NCBI RefSeq assembly: GCF_963853765.1 | Contig: NC_088856.1 | Span: 27,094,001 to 27,158,000 of the forward strand | Direction of reading: 5' to 3' | Length of the DNA: 64,000 nucleotides | Source of the DNA: Magallana gigas | Lineage: Eukaryota | Shown here: piece by piece, positions 1-12,952 of the stretch | How positions within the stretch are numbered: the first letter of the stretch is position 1 | Layout of the letters: the number at the start of each line of letters is the position of its first letter | The notes under the pieces: generated by a model | The model's input: the letters and a program-made list of their open reading frames with translations, nothing else | The model's database searches: none | Told to the model about the DNA's origin: nothing | Program-made: the position numbers and the translations under genes

Positions 1-559
1 CTCAGATCTGTGTACAAACATAGAATTGTGAGCAAATCTCTGTATCTTGCTTATAATTTGAAGCTTAACACTCAAATATGGTAAGTAAATAGAAATTGTA
101 AACGATTAAACACAAGAACCCTGCACTATAACAAATAAAGAACACAATTTATTTTTTAAAATGAATCATATACATGTATATACCTACATATTTCCGTCAA
201 AGATATTAAAATCTATCTAAACTGAATAAACTCGAGAAAATGCCGAGCATCTCAACAAAACATATTGCATTATTCTACCATTACGCAAAAGATGATACCG
301 AATTACCGATAGCCTGAATGAATTGCATTTTAGTTTTTTCTTAATACATCAGATGTTGCTTAATTTGCGCAGGTAAACAGTAAACTGTTTGATTTACCGA
401 AGTCTCTGTTTGATTTGATACGTAAAAATCAGGAAATACAAGTGACAGTTCCCAGGTTAACGCAAAGCATAAATGAAATACAAATATACTGGTCCATCAA
501 ATGTCCTGAAATTTTAATGAGATTAGCAGATTATTAACTGCCAATCTTTTGTTTTGCCC

Positions 560-1003
560 AGGCCAAGTCTTGCCTACCCATTTTACTGGATGCCGAGCCC
601 GAAGCTTTTAAACTGATTGAAACACGCCTTTCCTTTATTATTATTTTCGTAATAACTCAGATTTGAAACAGAATTAGCACTTAATTTTTGCAATTTATAT
701 TTTCCTTCCCATAAGGATTATTCATGCTAAATTACGTTGAATTTGCCTCAGTAGTTCTTGAGAGGAAGATTTTTCAAAATGCACCCCCCTTTTTTTTTTT
801 TTTTTTTTTTACAGTTTTGAGGTTTTCTCCGCTTTCAATGAATATTTTTCTTTCATTTCTGTAATTTATATTCATCTTTCCATATGAATGCTTTGAGCCA
901 AATTTGGTTGAATTTGGTTAAGTGGTTTTAGAGAAGAAGTTCAAAATGTGAAAAGTTTACGGACAGACAGACAGAAGGACGACGGACAAAATGTGATCAG
1001 AAT

Positions 1004-1038
<35 letters not shown>
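560..1038 (-). mobile_element. Non-autonomous Helentron/HINE-like element (CvA/Pearl or Helitron-N type), 5' part; left boundary uncertain and may extend to the window start
   Basis: On the minus strand it begins TTTTAGCTCACCTGAGCTGAAAGCTCAAGTGAGCT (terminal palindrome), followed by a GTCC/GTCT microsatellite (961-985) and ~160-bp core repeats. It interrupts the RAD18-duplicate intron at a T-run, where the parent copy (~13117) is uninterrupted. Family name is from recall. Confidence 0.65.
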
Positions 1039-1040
<2 letters not shown>

Positions 1041-1559
1041 CCTTAAATTTTCAACAAAAAATTTAAAATGATAAAAAATCATACCAAAAATTCAGTAAGT
1101 ACACATTGAAATTTTCAAATGCCCATTAAAACACACATTTATAAACTATTTTCAAGAAAGGTACAAAATTAATACTAAATTACAAAATGCTGAAATACCC
1201 ATTTGTTTTGGGGATGGAGAAAACATGCTCTGAAGGGATGACCTCTGATTCCTCGACTTGGAGAATTCCCCACCCCCATCTCTGTCAGGTAACGACTTCC
1301 CGGGGGTGAAGATTCCTCGATTGTCCTTGTTCTCTCTCAGTTTCCAATCCTCACTCTCATCTTCTTCTTTCCCCTCACCGTCTTCAGAAATGAGGTCAAT
1401 GACATCATACTTAACAGTAGTATAGGTTTACTGGTAATTGTCTTTGAATTGGGTAGCCTTTTCTGCATCTTGCTTTCTTGCAGCACTGTCTGAAAGTAAA
1501 TGAAAATTGTATGTTATATACGTGCCAGTACTTTTTTTTCAAATTAATTCATATGTACT

Positions 1560-2830
1560 CTATTATACTATTATACTATTACGAACCATGAACATTGCTG
1601 ATTAAATAATTCATTTATCTATTTATTTATTTATTCCAATATTGTTATAGTTATTTATTTGTTGTTGATATTGTTATAGTATGTTCCTATGCGATTGTTG
1701 AAGAAGTATCTTATAAATATAAAGGATTTGTTGAAATATGCAAATCTTGATGTTTATTTTAGTACGGTACTGTACTACAGTGTTTTGTATACAAGGATTT
1801 CTATCCAGCAGAAATACTACGGGGAACTTATTCAACCAGTAATGATAAACATCAAAACAACTATCTGTCGTCTATATCTAACTTGCAACTCTATTTACAA
1901 TGAATTAATGTGTCTTGAGTACCCTTTGCCAAAATGTGCTCAGCACTTCGCCGCTTCCGAGAGCTATTTTCTGCTTTACATACTAAATACCACGATGTTT
2001 AGACAGAATAAACACAATCTGCGTTGTTTAATTACTTACGTCTGACTGTTAAGACATCGATAAATATTTGGTGTTAGCTGCCTCATCGTCTTTTTAAGCG
2101 GAAACCCTGCAATGTTTTCGTTCGCAGACAACATTTTACTTCATGAATATTGATTAGCAGGTCAGGTGATAAAGGCTATATAAGGCCGAGTCCGATCAGA
2201 ATTAGACACTTCGGCCACTTCTTGTTTGAGATGAGTCAGCTTCAGCTCTCTCAGCCCGACTTCCCGGCTACGAAGGTGAATATTTTGCACCTTCTCTATT
2301 AGATAAACATATCTGAACATAGGTTCCATTCATTAGCATCACCTTCTGCATCATATTCAGCATCCCTTTTCACCTTCCTCAGAAGGTGCAACTAAATCAA
2401 GTTCAACACCTTTCAACCCCTACTACTAGAATTAGAACTTGGTTTCTCAAATCTATATAGTTCATCAAAAGCTTAGGAGATTTCATCTGGTGCACCTTAA
2501 TAAAGTGCAAGTATACTCTTAGTTGTAGTAGTTGTTAACACCTTCTATTTAAAAGTCAACACCTTCCCGTATGGACATTTAGGTATAACGATTTCATTGA
2601 AGGTAATAATTTATATAACCCCGAAACTCAAGACAGCACCTAGACCTAAGGAAGGAGACCCTCCAGAGGAAGATTCTTGAAATTTATATTTTATACCTGA
2701 ATAAATTTGTATTGATTTTAAATAATCTTGTCATTACTCATCTTCTACCAGGTACAGAAGGGTCACACATTTTGAAACAACTGAGACCTTACAATTAAAG
2801 TTAAATCTAGTGTATTTTTAATATCAAATA
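1560..2830. mobile_element. ~1.27-kb insertion or composite, absent from the parent RAD18 intron; contains dispersed CACCTT/AAGGTG repeats
   Basis: Present in the pseudogene copy between segments that are contiguous in the parent (~13640). About ten CACCTT/AAGGTG motifs lie at 2270-2645. Boundaries are approximate and no family is assigned. Confidence 0.45.
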
Positions 2831-4070
2831 GGTACCAGTTGCGTTTCAATACAGCAAACTATGTTCAACTCAAGTCATGAATTTTGATTTAAATATTACT
2901 TTAATGGTTAATGTGGGGTTTCTATAATAATTAATATACATAACTCATTACTTTGATTCAAACAGTTACCTTTTGTCTGTCGAGTGTTTCTGTGTTATTT
3001 CATGTAATAGAGACCTGGAACAACACATTTAGTGATCGAAATATAAATACATTTACATAAACAGTTATAAAAACAAAAATACAATGTACATTATTTAATT
3101 CAAAGAAGATCGATCTTTGACATATTGAACCCTCCTCCCCACTCACATGTAAAGTATAAAATATTCATATGATTTAACACACTACGTGTATATTCCAAGT
3201 ACAGTAAAAAGTACCTGATATATAGATAGATTTGAACAGAACAATCAAATCGTCAACCAGTCTGTTGTTTCTCAAGTTAAAAAAAATTGTTTTCACAAGC
3301 TTCCTACAGATACAAAATGTTCAATAATTAACACAGATATCTATAAAGTGCCGATGTGTATTTCATTTCATTTGCATTTTAAGAAACCATGGTAACTTGA
3401 CTACATAATATGAACAGATAGAAATATAATTTCCTACTTACATGGTTGCAGGCTGGACACTGGTTTGTGTGGAAAAAATCTTGTCTTATACAGAGAGAAC
3501 AAACTACCGGTGTTGTATAGCAGTTTTCCCCCATAGTAGCTTCCCCCCTCCCGGAAAACCTACTATATAGTAGCCTTCCCCCCCCCGGGGGGAAAAGCTA
3601 CTATATAGTAGATTGTCCCCCATAGTAGGGTTTCTCCCTCACGTGTTTGTTTCAGATTTTATAAAAAATATTTATGGAAATCCAGTAAGGATTTAAATCA
3701 ATGGTTCTACACTCCCAGGTTGCATACATGTATATCTGCATTCATCTGTACAATTCGTTTTGCTGATTTATCATTTTTATAGACAATGCTGAAAGTTGAA
3801 CATGTGTGTAATGGAATTACACATAGAACTTAATTCAGGTAATTTATTGAAACAAGTTTTACAAGTTATACACTTATATGCATAATTCTGTGTTCTGAAA
3901 TTGTATTAAGCGAGAATGTTATAAGAATTTTTTGATAATCAGACTGTTTGTCTGTTTGTGAAAATTTCATCCAGGTTCAACCTCCGTTTTAGAAAAATTT
4001 GTTTGCGATGGTTCAGAGCCCGATTTTTAAAATCCTTCTATAATATCTTTAGGTCCAATGTCTCATAAAC

Positions 4071-4430
4071 TAGAGATGACCATATCACCATATTTTTATA
4101 GTGGCATTGGTTTACCACTTGAAGATGACTCTGAAAATTTCAGCCCTCAGGGTAGGGGCCCTTGATGTTTCAGGGCCCGATGTTTAAAACCCCATTTTAA
4201 TGAATGAATAGTGTTCTATAAGTGGGGACCCGAATCTCAAATTCTAGAGATGACCAATTAACCACATTTTAACAGTGATAGTGGTATACCAGTAGTAGAT
4301 GACACCGAAAATTTAAGCCCCCATGCAGGGTTGGGGCCTTTGTTGTTTTCGAGCCCGATGTTTGAAATCCAATTATAAAGAATATGTATTTTTTAGGGCC
4401 CAATATCTTAAAAACTATAGATGACCAGAT
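4071..4430 (+). repeat. ~174-bp tandem repeat (about 2 units) inside the 3-kb element
   Basis: The ATGACC anchor recurs at 4076, 4250 and 4421, with similar GAAAATTT-AGCCC-CAGGG-GGGGCC sequence between anchors. Confidence 0.65.
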
Positions 4431-4780
4431 GAACATATTTTTACGGTCATTTAAAAGTAAAAAAATCATTTAAAAATACAAAATCACTCATATATTTCTT
4501 TATCAAAATGATTAAAAACTACGTTTAATTCTGCTGGGTTTTTTTGGGGTTTTTTTACGAATTTTTTTTTTAAAAAGGTACGCGGTTAAAATTCATTTTT
4601 CTTCAAAACATTTAATCAATTCATAAGATGAGTAATGATATAATAAATGATTAGATAAATAAATCAATATATATTTTAATAAATTTGTTTAATTGTTCGA
4701 AGAAATAATATGGTACACAAGTAAATCTTTATTGCAAAAATATGAAACAAATAGTATAAAATTTTTAAGTAATTAAATCG

Positions 4781-4942
4781 TATATCTTGATTTATCTGGC
4801 ATCGTTTTCAAAATTGTATATTTATAAATCACGTTGCAAACTTAAAAGTAGGAAAATTATAACCTACATCTTGATTTATATGGCATCGTTTTCAAAATTG
4901 TTTATTTATAAATCACGTTGCAAACTTAAAAGTGGAAAAATT
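4781..4942 (+). repeat. ~82-bp direct repeat x2 inside the 3-kb element
   Basis: ATCTTGATTTAT(C/A)TGGCATCGTTTTCAAAATTGT..AAATCACGTTGCAAACTTAAAAGT occurs twice in tandem. Confidence 0.8.
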
Positions 4943-7555
4943 AGCAAATAGTGACTGACAATATAAACATAAAGTTAGTTTAGGCTCCATTTCACATTTT
5001 CCAAAGTAACCAGCAAAGATACCGACATTGTTCTGGTTGTGAAGACACTTCATTGTTTTTTAAAATGTTTACATCATAATATCTCGCGTTTCGTAGAAAT
5101 ATGCTTAAAAATATGAATATGCGTAACTTTAAAACGAAATGGTTAACACTAACTTTACACATGCTTTTAATACATAATTAAAATACCCCGTACCCATGAT
5201 TTAGAACCCCATCAATCAAAGTAAAACTAAAACATTTCAGTTTCTCATCATATCATTGCATCCTGTCTCCCGTTTAATTTGATATTTAGAAGAAGAAATA
5301 TATAATTGTTTTTAAGATCGTCAATTCTAACGGTAAGGGAGTAATAAATTTCCACTCTTTATTCCCTTCTTCTACAAAATTAAGTCAAGATTGGTCAGTT
5401 ATATAGTTCCCTGGGAGAAGCTTATACATGCCGTATTTTCACTCAAATGTGTTCTCACGTGTTCATAACGTCGAAGTCAAAACTATAGATAAGCATCGAT
5501 TAGATGAAAAAGATTCAAGGTATTCCGAAATCCGTGTAAAAGGTGTTCCAAAAAGGTGCAAGAACAGGTGAAATAAACGATGATGACACATGAATGTTCT
5601 GAAGGCGCATGCCTTAGTTCATATTTGGGGTTGAAAAACCATCATCATGTATTTTATTCTATGTATTAATAAATGCCATAATTATCCTTTTTTGTGAAAA
5701 ATTAATATCATATCACTTACTGCAAATTATTGTCACGAATGGTCCGCAATAAACATGGCCGGAAAGTAAAAATGGGGGAAAATCCACTATATAGTAGGTT
5801 TTCCGTGGGGGTAATCTGGCTATAAAAAGGGGGAAAGCCCACTTTATAGTCAGCTTTCCGTTGAGGGAAAAACTGCTACTGGGAGAGATACTAGTTTTAT
5901 CAATCATTCGCTAAAAGATATGTAAATTTGATTTTATTTCTCGGCCAGGCTTTCCTCTGTCGTTGTTTACGATATAAAAATCCAAGTAGAACAACACTAC
6001 CCCGCATATATTGAACTTGGAATTTTTTATGTATCGTTAGTTTGATCAATGCTTAAATTGAAAAGTGCTGTTAGAATCCCATGTTGTGTGTTGCCGTTTT
6101 CCGTACAAACTTTATTAAAGTTGGGAAGGTTTTACGAAAACTGGGAGAATAACTATTTCTAACTATCTCATTTTATGTTAAGGAATATACGTAAGCTATT
6201 CATAGTTGTCACGTGATAATGCACCAATGTGGCAGTAATGTACTACCCGATGTTATTGCACTGACATCTATTTCAAAGGATAATACTAAGTTTTTCGTCG
6301 TATTCAAAATAATTATTTAATTTCACGATTTTGAATATTAACAGTCAAAATACGACGCTAAATTGCCCATATGCTTCCTTAACACCCCCGCGTATACAGC
6401 CATTTTTCCGGGGAGAAGAACTGCTATAATAGCCATGTTTCCGGGGGGAAAGATGGCTAGGGGGAAAAGGCACTATATATAACACCGGTACCCGTACAAA
6501 AACAAAAAATGAATATTATCAGTATAGAAAAAATTCTTAAAATAAGACAATGGATCTGGTTTCTAAGCTAAGATATGGGTTTTTCATGATATTTGTAGAT
6601 ATAATAACTATTGTTCAGTGACATCACAACTCAAAAGTAAAATATATCAATATTAATTTAAAATATTTAACTTTCTATTTAGTTCCTGCATGGATCTCAA
6701 TGCAAATCTTGGCTAGGATACTAGTATTTGGACTTGTAGTAAAAAATAGACCAAGATTTGCGCCAATTTGAATACAGATTCTAGTGAAGCCAAATTCTAC
6801 AACTGTAATGGCCTTAGGCCAATTCTTGCTAAGTACCAGTTTACTCTTGATTTTGCATTTAAACTTCAAAATTTCTTTTAAAAAATATCAAAATGCATAT
6901 TTACATAATCTCTATCCAAAAGTTTTCATTCCTGATAAACTATCACATACAAGGGTTCCAAAGCATGACCTCTGTTGAGAGAATGGCAAATCTGCATGGT
7001 GGTGATGAGAATGAGTACTTAACAAGATTGATCTTGAACAGGGTGGGACCATTCAAATATAACTGGCATATTTTATCCCAACAGATTTCATTTGAGTGTG
7101 TTGTCCTAACCTTTTGAATATATAGTCTGTCTCAACAGGGACATATATACTAATTAGTATATACTCCCTGGTCTCAACAAATGTCCAAGTGTAAGAAAAA
7201 TCTTGGAAATTTTTTAGGTTATTTTCAGCAGACTGCATGCATGTGTTCTTCGATAAAAGGTACATGTAACTGGGACAAACAAGAGACTAAATACTTTTTA
7301 ATAATTATTAAAACATAAGTCTTCTTTAATTCTTTATTTTAAAATGCCTTAACTTCGCCTATAATCAGAATAAATAATTAGTACACTACTTCCTGGTTTG
7401 TTAAATCATTTCAGATACTGTGTGCAGTCTTCTTATTACTTACAGGTATGTGAACACTCTGGCAATATCATGGCAGTGTGCATGAAGTCATAAAAATTGG
7501 ACATCGGAGGAGGCTGTTTATCTCCTTAAAAAGAATTAAAAATGTAATCAATAAG

Positions 7556-7700
7556 CATAGGCGTTGGTACCGAAGAGGGGGGAGGGGCTTAGCCCCCTCC
7601 CTCCAACTTTTTTTTCCAGACTTAAACCTTACCATTAGACACATAGCATCAGGGTGGGACCAGCCCCCCCCCCCCCCCAGCTTTTCTTGCAGCAAACCTA
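7556..7700. mobile_element. Small poly-G/poly-C MITE fragment (CATAGGCG.. family) at the duplication breakpoint
   Basis: CATAGGCGTTGGTACCG..GGGGCTTAGCCCC begins exactly where homology to the parent RAD18 intron 1 ends. A related copy starts at ~47184 (CATAGGCGTCGGAACCGGGG). Confidence 0.5.
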
Positions 7701-7779
7701 ATTGTTCCCAATTTTCACGTAAAACCTAAAAAAGAATCAAATAATAATGATATTGGAAATTATACTAGCGCCTTTCTTT

Positions 7780-8502
7780 AAAAATCTTTAAAAATCCTCT
7801 TTACAAAAACTAATTCGCAAGGAAAGCTGAAACTTGTGTGGAAGCATCTTCAGGTTGTGTAGATTCAAAGTTGTGAAAATCATGAGCCCCGGGGGTGGGG
7901 TGATGCCACAATGGGGGGAGGAGGGGGTCAACTAACTTTTTACATAAAAATATACGGAGTAAATCTTTTATAAAAAAATCTTCTTCACAGAATCTTATTA
8001 GCCAGGAAAGCTGAAACTTAAGTGGAAGCATCCTCAGGAAGAGTAGATTTAAAGTTGTGATTTAAGGTTGAGGAAATCATGACCCTCGGGTGTAGGGTGG
8101 GGCCACAATGGGGTTACATAGGATTATATATAGTAAATCTTTTAAAATCTTCTTCTCAGAAACTTATCAGCCGGGTGATTCTTTTAAATTGTGTAGACTT
8201 TGTCCTTTACACAATTCTTGGGCGTCACAGGGGGGTTCAGAGTTTGATGTAGGTCTATATCTCATATACATAACAATTATTTAGGATTTAGGAACTCTAA
8301 TGCTCAACATGTGTAATGACTATAAAATTATCATTTTAGAAAAGGGACTAATGATAATACGAATAAGAATATCCAAAGGAAAAAGTGGATTTTTATTTAT
8401 ACAGGATCTACATGTATTATACAACATTGTCCAGATAGTTTGTATTATGATTCCATCAAGCTGATTTGCATGTGAGCGATGCGGCCCATTGGCCTCTTGT
8501 TT
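7780..8502 (+). mobile_element. 3' part of a Helentron/HINE-like element carrying ~2.3 monomers resembling the oyster Cg170/HindIII satellite
   Basis: AAAATCTTCTTC..GGAAAGCTGAAACTT..GGAAGCATC(C/T)TCAGG..GGGTGGGGCCACAATGGGG is repeated (anchors ~7821 and ~8005; third start ~8144). It ends GTGAGCGATGCGGCCCATTGGCCTCTTGTT. The Cg170 similarity is from recall and was not searched. Confidence 0.6.
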
Positions 8503-11500
8503 TTGTTTTGTTTTTTATCCCCTTACACAATATTTAAAATTGAGTGTATTTAATCAAAAGTAATAGCACTTTTAAGAAGAAAGCAATATATTCCTGGTGT
8601 TTATTTCAAAAATAAAATGCTTTCTTCGGTGATTCATGCGAGATTTGAAGATAGGATTATGAAAACATAATTTTCTTTCAGGTATACTTCATACAGAAGA
8701 TTAAGGAAGGTTTATTATTATGACTAGTGATTTATTTCAAATTATTAATTTTACAATTTCTCCAAAAATAATTTCAATAGCATATATCAAATGTATGAAA
8801 CATAAACGAGTACCATGCAACGTACATGAACAGTTTCAGTTAGTTTCTTTATCTATAGCAAATTAAACATGTATATTGACAACATGCCCTATATTCTTAA
8901 AGCATTTTTACACTCAAAAAGTTCAACTATTATAATTGTATGTAAACATGTTTATATATCGGTTCTATGTAATTGGGACATTTTAACGAGAGCTTGACTT
9001 CCATTTTTTTACTCCAATTCGTGAAGGTGGGGTCTACCTATGGTTCACTACCTAGTCATTGGCTAATAGATATGAATACACAGACCGTAACGTTTGTTAA
9101 ACTATACATGAATAAGGCTTTGTAAACATTTGAGTGGAAACGGAATAATTTTCACACTTTAGAGCAGGCCTTTGAAAACTTTTCCATTTCGACAGTCTTT
9201 TGATATTGATGGGCATCATTTGGCAAATTTGAAATAATTTGTATTTGGCAGCTTGTATTGATGAATAGCAAACTAGATAGTTACATCCCACCGGAAGTCC
9301 AATTCTCGTTAAATGACTGATAACAAGTAGAAAACTTCTAAACTATTTTATTTAATTTTTTGCATTGTCAGATAACATTCATGAAAACATATGCATTGTG
9401 ATCCTGGGGAAAAGGAAACTTTTAAACAGTATTTACATGTTGATAAAAGGAACAAAACGTTCAAGACCATTTTTAGATATCAACATTTTTAACGCATATG
9501 AATTTTATTACAAACACACTTTACTGTATAAATAGTTCATTTATTGTATTGCACTAAAGTTTAATACATTGAATGACAAATATAAAATTGGGAAAAAAAA
9601 TTAACGTAAATCATGTCATAAATATTAACAATAAGCATTACCTATATAACCTTTAACAAAATGATACTAATAAATATACAAAAACACCAATGCAATCAAT
9701 ATGCATATCAGTTTATGTTTTTGTACTTGGTAGATAAAGTGAATTGATGAGGACATCTGAGAGTTATCATAATGCCCTGTACCCGGAACAGCTTTCTAAC
9801 GAAAAGCGGCCGTCATCTCCAACTGTGTTTCCTGGAGCTCAGTCGTTTTCTTTTCCTGTTCTTAAAGTCTCCAGATATCTCCCTATCCAAGGAAGTCCAA
9901 AACTTGCAATTATAACTGTTTAACACAACCATATTACCAACTTCCAAAAGAATTTAGCTCATCGTGATGATACAGTTTTTCTAAATTAATCTTTTAAAAT
10001 ACTATAAGTAAAAGACCTATCTTAGATAAATATCACTGATTTGGAGAGAAACTAATGACCATGTAGCAATGCATTTTATCACAAATTCAAACTGTTGATG
10101 TTTTTTTAGTGATAGATCTAGAAAAATTGTACGAAGATTAAATTTACAGGAAATTTAGAGAAAATCTGAGGAAGAAAAACAAAATAAATACTGGATAAAG
10201 GGGAATATTCACCCCCGTTTTATTTTCGGCCTTCCCCCTTAATTGTAGTCGGTATGCGAATTCCAATGTCTTAAATTTTGTCTCTCTTACTTAATTTTGT
10301 TTTGGCAAATTTATGACGGGGCGAATTCAAGTCAATTTTAACACACAGAAACCCCTTGCATGTACTAACTGTACCACTCACGTTGTTTCTTAAAGACGTT
10401 CAAAATTCAATTCTTCCGAATATTAAAAACCTTCTTAATATTTTATTTCATTTCACTGTACATGGAATGAAAGTTAACAGATATAACCCCACCATTTCCC
10501 TTAAAACAAATTACTGGCCAACCAAACATTGATACACCTACACATGTACATATATCTTCACTCAGGCACTTAAGCTAATTGCAATCGTTACAATCAAAAC
10601 AGATTTAGTTCAGAATTGTGGTTTTATTTTGTAATTTTTATACCTGTTCTAAAAATGAATTCCATTCATAACAGAATCATTTCACAGACGTCCGTTCCTT
10701 ATACTGCAGGATGTGGCCAAAATGGTCATATATTGTTAATGTTTATAATGTTTGAAATCTTCACGTTTATAATGTTTGAAATCTCCTTTACTTCTGCCAA
10801 CTATGACACTGAATTAAAACTGACTGAATATTTAGAAAGACCATACAGCTATCTGTTTGAATAAATTGGTATGACACCTAATGCATGGCTTCTGTCTCTC
10901 AGGGGAGGGGGGGGGGGGGGTAGGTATACATGTATAATGTATTGTGTTTTTAAAAAGTTATTCTGTGTTCTGCTTTTGAATTTTAATAAAGGAGATTAAT
11001 ACTTAACGAAGAAAATGAATGGAGCTGTCTATCAAATTTAAGATATCATGGAAGCCTTTGCCCTTTGGGCATGAGTTGTCTTATTTTTTTTCTGGGGGGG
11101 GGGGGTGTTTTTTCAAATATGCTGACAAGGGCTGAATTCTGTTCTTATATAGTGACATAATGTTTAAATGCAAATTAAGTGAGAAAATAATTCTTTTCTA
11201 CTTCAATGCCCTGGGAAAAACTCTGTCTTGCCCCTCCCGGGGGGGGGGGGGGGGCTATGTAAAACATGAATATTAGTCATCTTTGTTTATTTATGAAAAA
11301 ATACATGTAAAATCTATCTTGAATAAAAAAGGACGAGGAAACTTGTTCCCATCACTAAAGTTCAATATCCTGTCTTGCACACATGAGTTTTGAGCAATAC
11401 TCGGTATTGTTCAACTTTAATTTGGAACAGTGATTCTTTGATGGAAAAGTAGGAGATATGTAAGCTTTATCCTCAAAATTGTATCACCTTTTCCGACAAT

Positions 11501-12752
11501 CTTTATTCCGTTGTTGAAAATCGGATTCCACCTTTTTAATAATTTTAATAAGAGGTCAGTAAGATTATATATAACACATTTAATCAAAGCAATATAAACT
11601 GCAATTTTCATGTTGAATTTTTTTTTGGTGAAAATTTTATTTCCTACTAAAATGAAAAAAATATCATGGTTTTTATATATCTTTTAGCCATATTTATGTG
11701 TAAAAAGGACATTAAGAAGCCTCAGTTGGAGCATAATTAAATTATTGTCGTCCTGTACAAAAAATGATTTGATATACCCGGTATCTTCCTTAGATGAGAA
11801 ATCTTTCCTCTGACAAACATTAAAGCTTTTATTAAATTTTATTTATCATTAAAGTTTAAGTTATATGCAGACTTATCATACTAGCAGCTTTTTGCAGCAA
11901 AATAAAATTCTAAATAATACAGCTCTTAATGTTTTAACTGGCAATAGATGTCGGGATTCAAGTTTTATTTTGCATATTCTATGATACATGTAGCCGCATG
12001 GAATATATTTTTAATCCATGATAAAACATATTTTAAGGTAACTCCGTTCCTATGAAATCATGGGTTCAAAGTTAAAAATTTAACTTTTTTTTAACTTATT
12101 GGACTTGAATTTCATCAAAAAATAATTAAAATATATATGTATCCATACTATTAAAGATGTAAGATAATAAAAACCAAAGGCTGAAATTACCATCTGAAAA
12201 TCACACTTTTTTTGTTTAAAAATTAAATATAAGTGGATGGATACTTGTTTGTCTATTTAAATTTTATTGCTTACTATGCCAGAAAACTAAAATTAATTTA
12301 GAAAAAAGAAAAAATTGTTTACATTAGAAAAATTATAGCATTTAGATATATCACTTAAAGAAAAGTAGAAAAAAGTTATTTCCCTTTGTCATTATTGAAT
12401 TTTGTCGAATATAAGGATGAAAAACGCTTATTAAATATCTCCAAGTAAACAATGATTTGAGTTTTTGACGTGCACCTATGATTACATAGAAATTACAAAT
12501 CTACTTGCAAGAATTTTAATGAATTCATGGTTTATGTAAAACGTATGATGTCACAGGAGGGTGGATTTACTTTAAACAAGAATAGATATGGGTTACCCCA
12601 TATCCAAGACATTCGACTTTTAAATTACTTCAACTTTCACAGTGCTCAGTCGATCTCTAAGTTAACTTATTAAGAAACTAGTGTATATAGTTCTTCATGT
12701 CCGTAGCAAATACTGCCTCCAGTCTTGGGTCACTAGCAGACAACGCACACAT

Positions 12753-12952
12753 NNNNNNNNNNNNNNNNNNNNNNNNNNNNNNNNNNNNNNNNNNNNNNNN
12801 NNNNNNNNNNNNNNNNNNNNNNNNNNNNNNNNNNNNNNNNNNNNNNNNNNNNNNNNNNNNNNNNNNNNNNNNNNNNNNNNNNNNNNNNNNNNNNNNNNNN
12901 NNNNNNNNNNNNNNNNNNNNNNNNNNNNNNNNNNNNNNNNNNNNNNNNNNNN
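12753..12952. other. Assembly gap (200 N) inside the RAD18 UBZ exon
   Basis: Run of N. Confidence 1.

Larger units (their letters stand above)
3507..6488. mobile_element. 2982-bp non-autonomous DNA transposon with short TIRs and TA flanks
   Basis: Ends CCGGTGTTGTATAG ... CTATATATAACACCGG, with TA at 3505-3506 and 6489-6490. Subterminal arrays of CTACTATATAGTAG/TTTCCCC units at 3520-3640, 5760-5890 and 6400-6480. Absent from the parent copy at ~14737. No transposase ORF. Confidence 0.8.
1199..7524 (-). pseudogene. RAD18: RAD18 pseudogene, partial tandem duplicate (exons 2-6; no exon 1 or promoter)
   Basis: Exon homologs at 7444-7524, 3442-3503, 3215-3303, 2944-3014 and 1199-1489. Lesions: 1-nt deletion in the second RING Cys codon (CPIC to CPIF.., stop at 7468-7470, visible in ORF 7468..7695); 10-nt insertion with TAA in exon 4; TAA and donor GT to TT in exon 5; +2 frameshift in exon 6; 3-kb transposon at the exon 3 acceptor. 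Homology spans 1037-7555 vs 13117-15699. Confidence 0.9.

Noticed and set aside
1689-2045. 118-aa plus-strand ORF
   Set aside because: No recognisable motif, AT-rich codons, and it lies inside an insertion.
9097-9291. Minus-strand ORF loosely reminiscent of a THAP domain, near CCAAT and ETS motifs
   Set aside because: Lacks the CxxHF end and correct Cys spacing; indistinguishable from chance without an HMM search.
9810-9905. Candidate last RAD18 exon (FWTSLDREISGDFKNRKRKRLSSRKHSWR*)
   Set aside because: The basic NLS-like run is suggestive, but the acceptor is weak and no connecting exons could be found.
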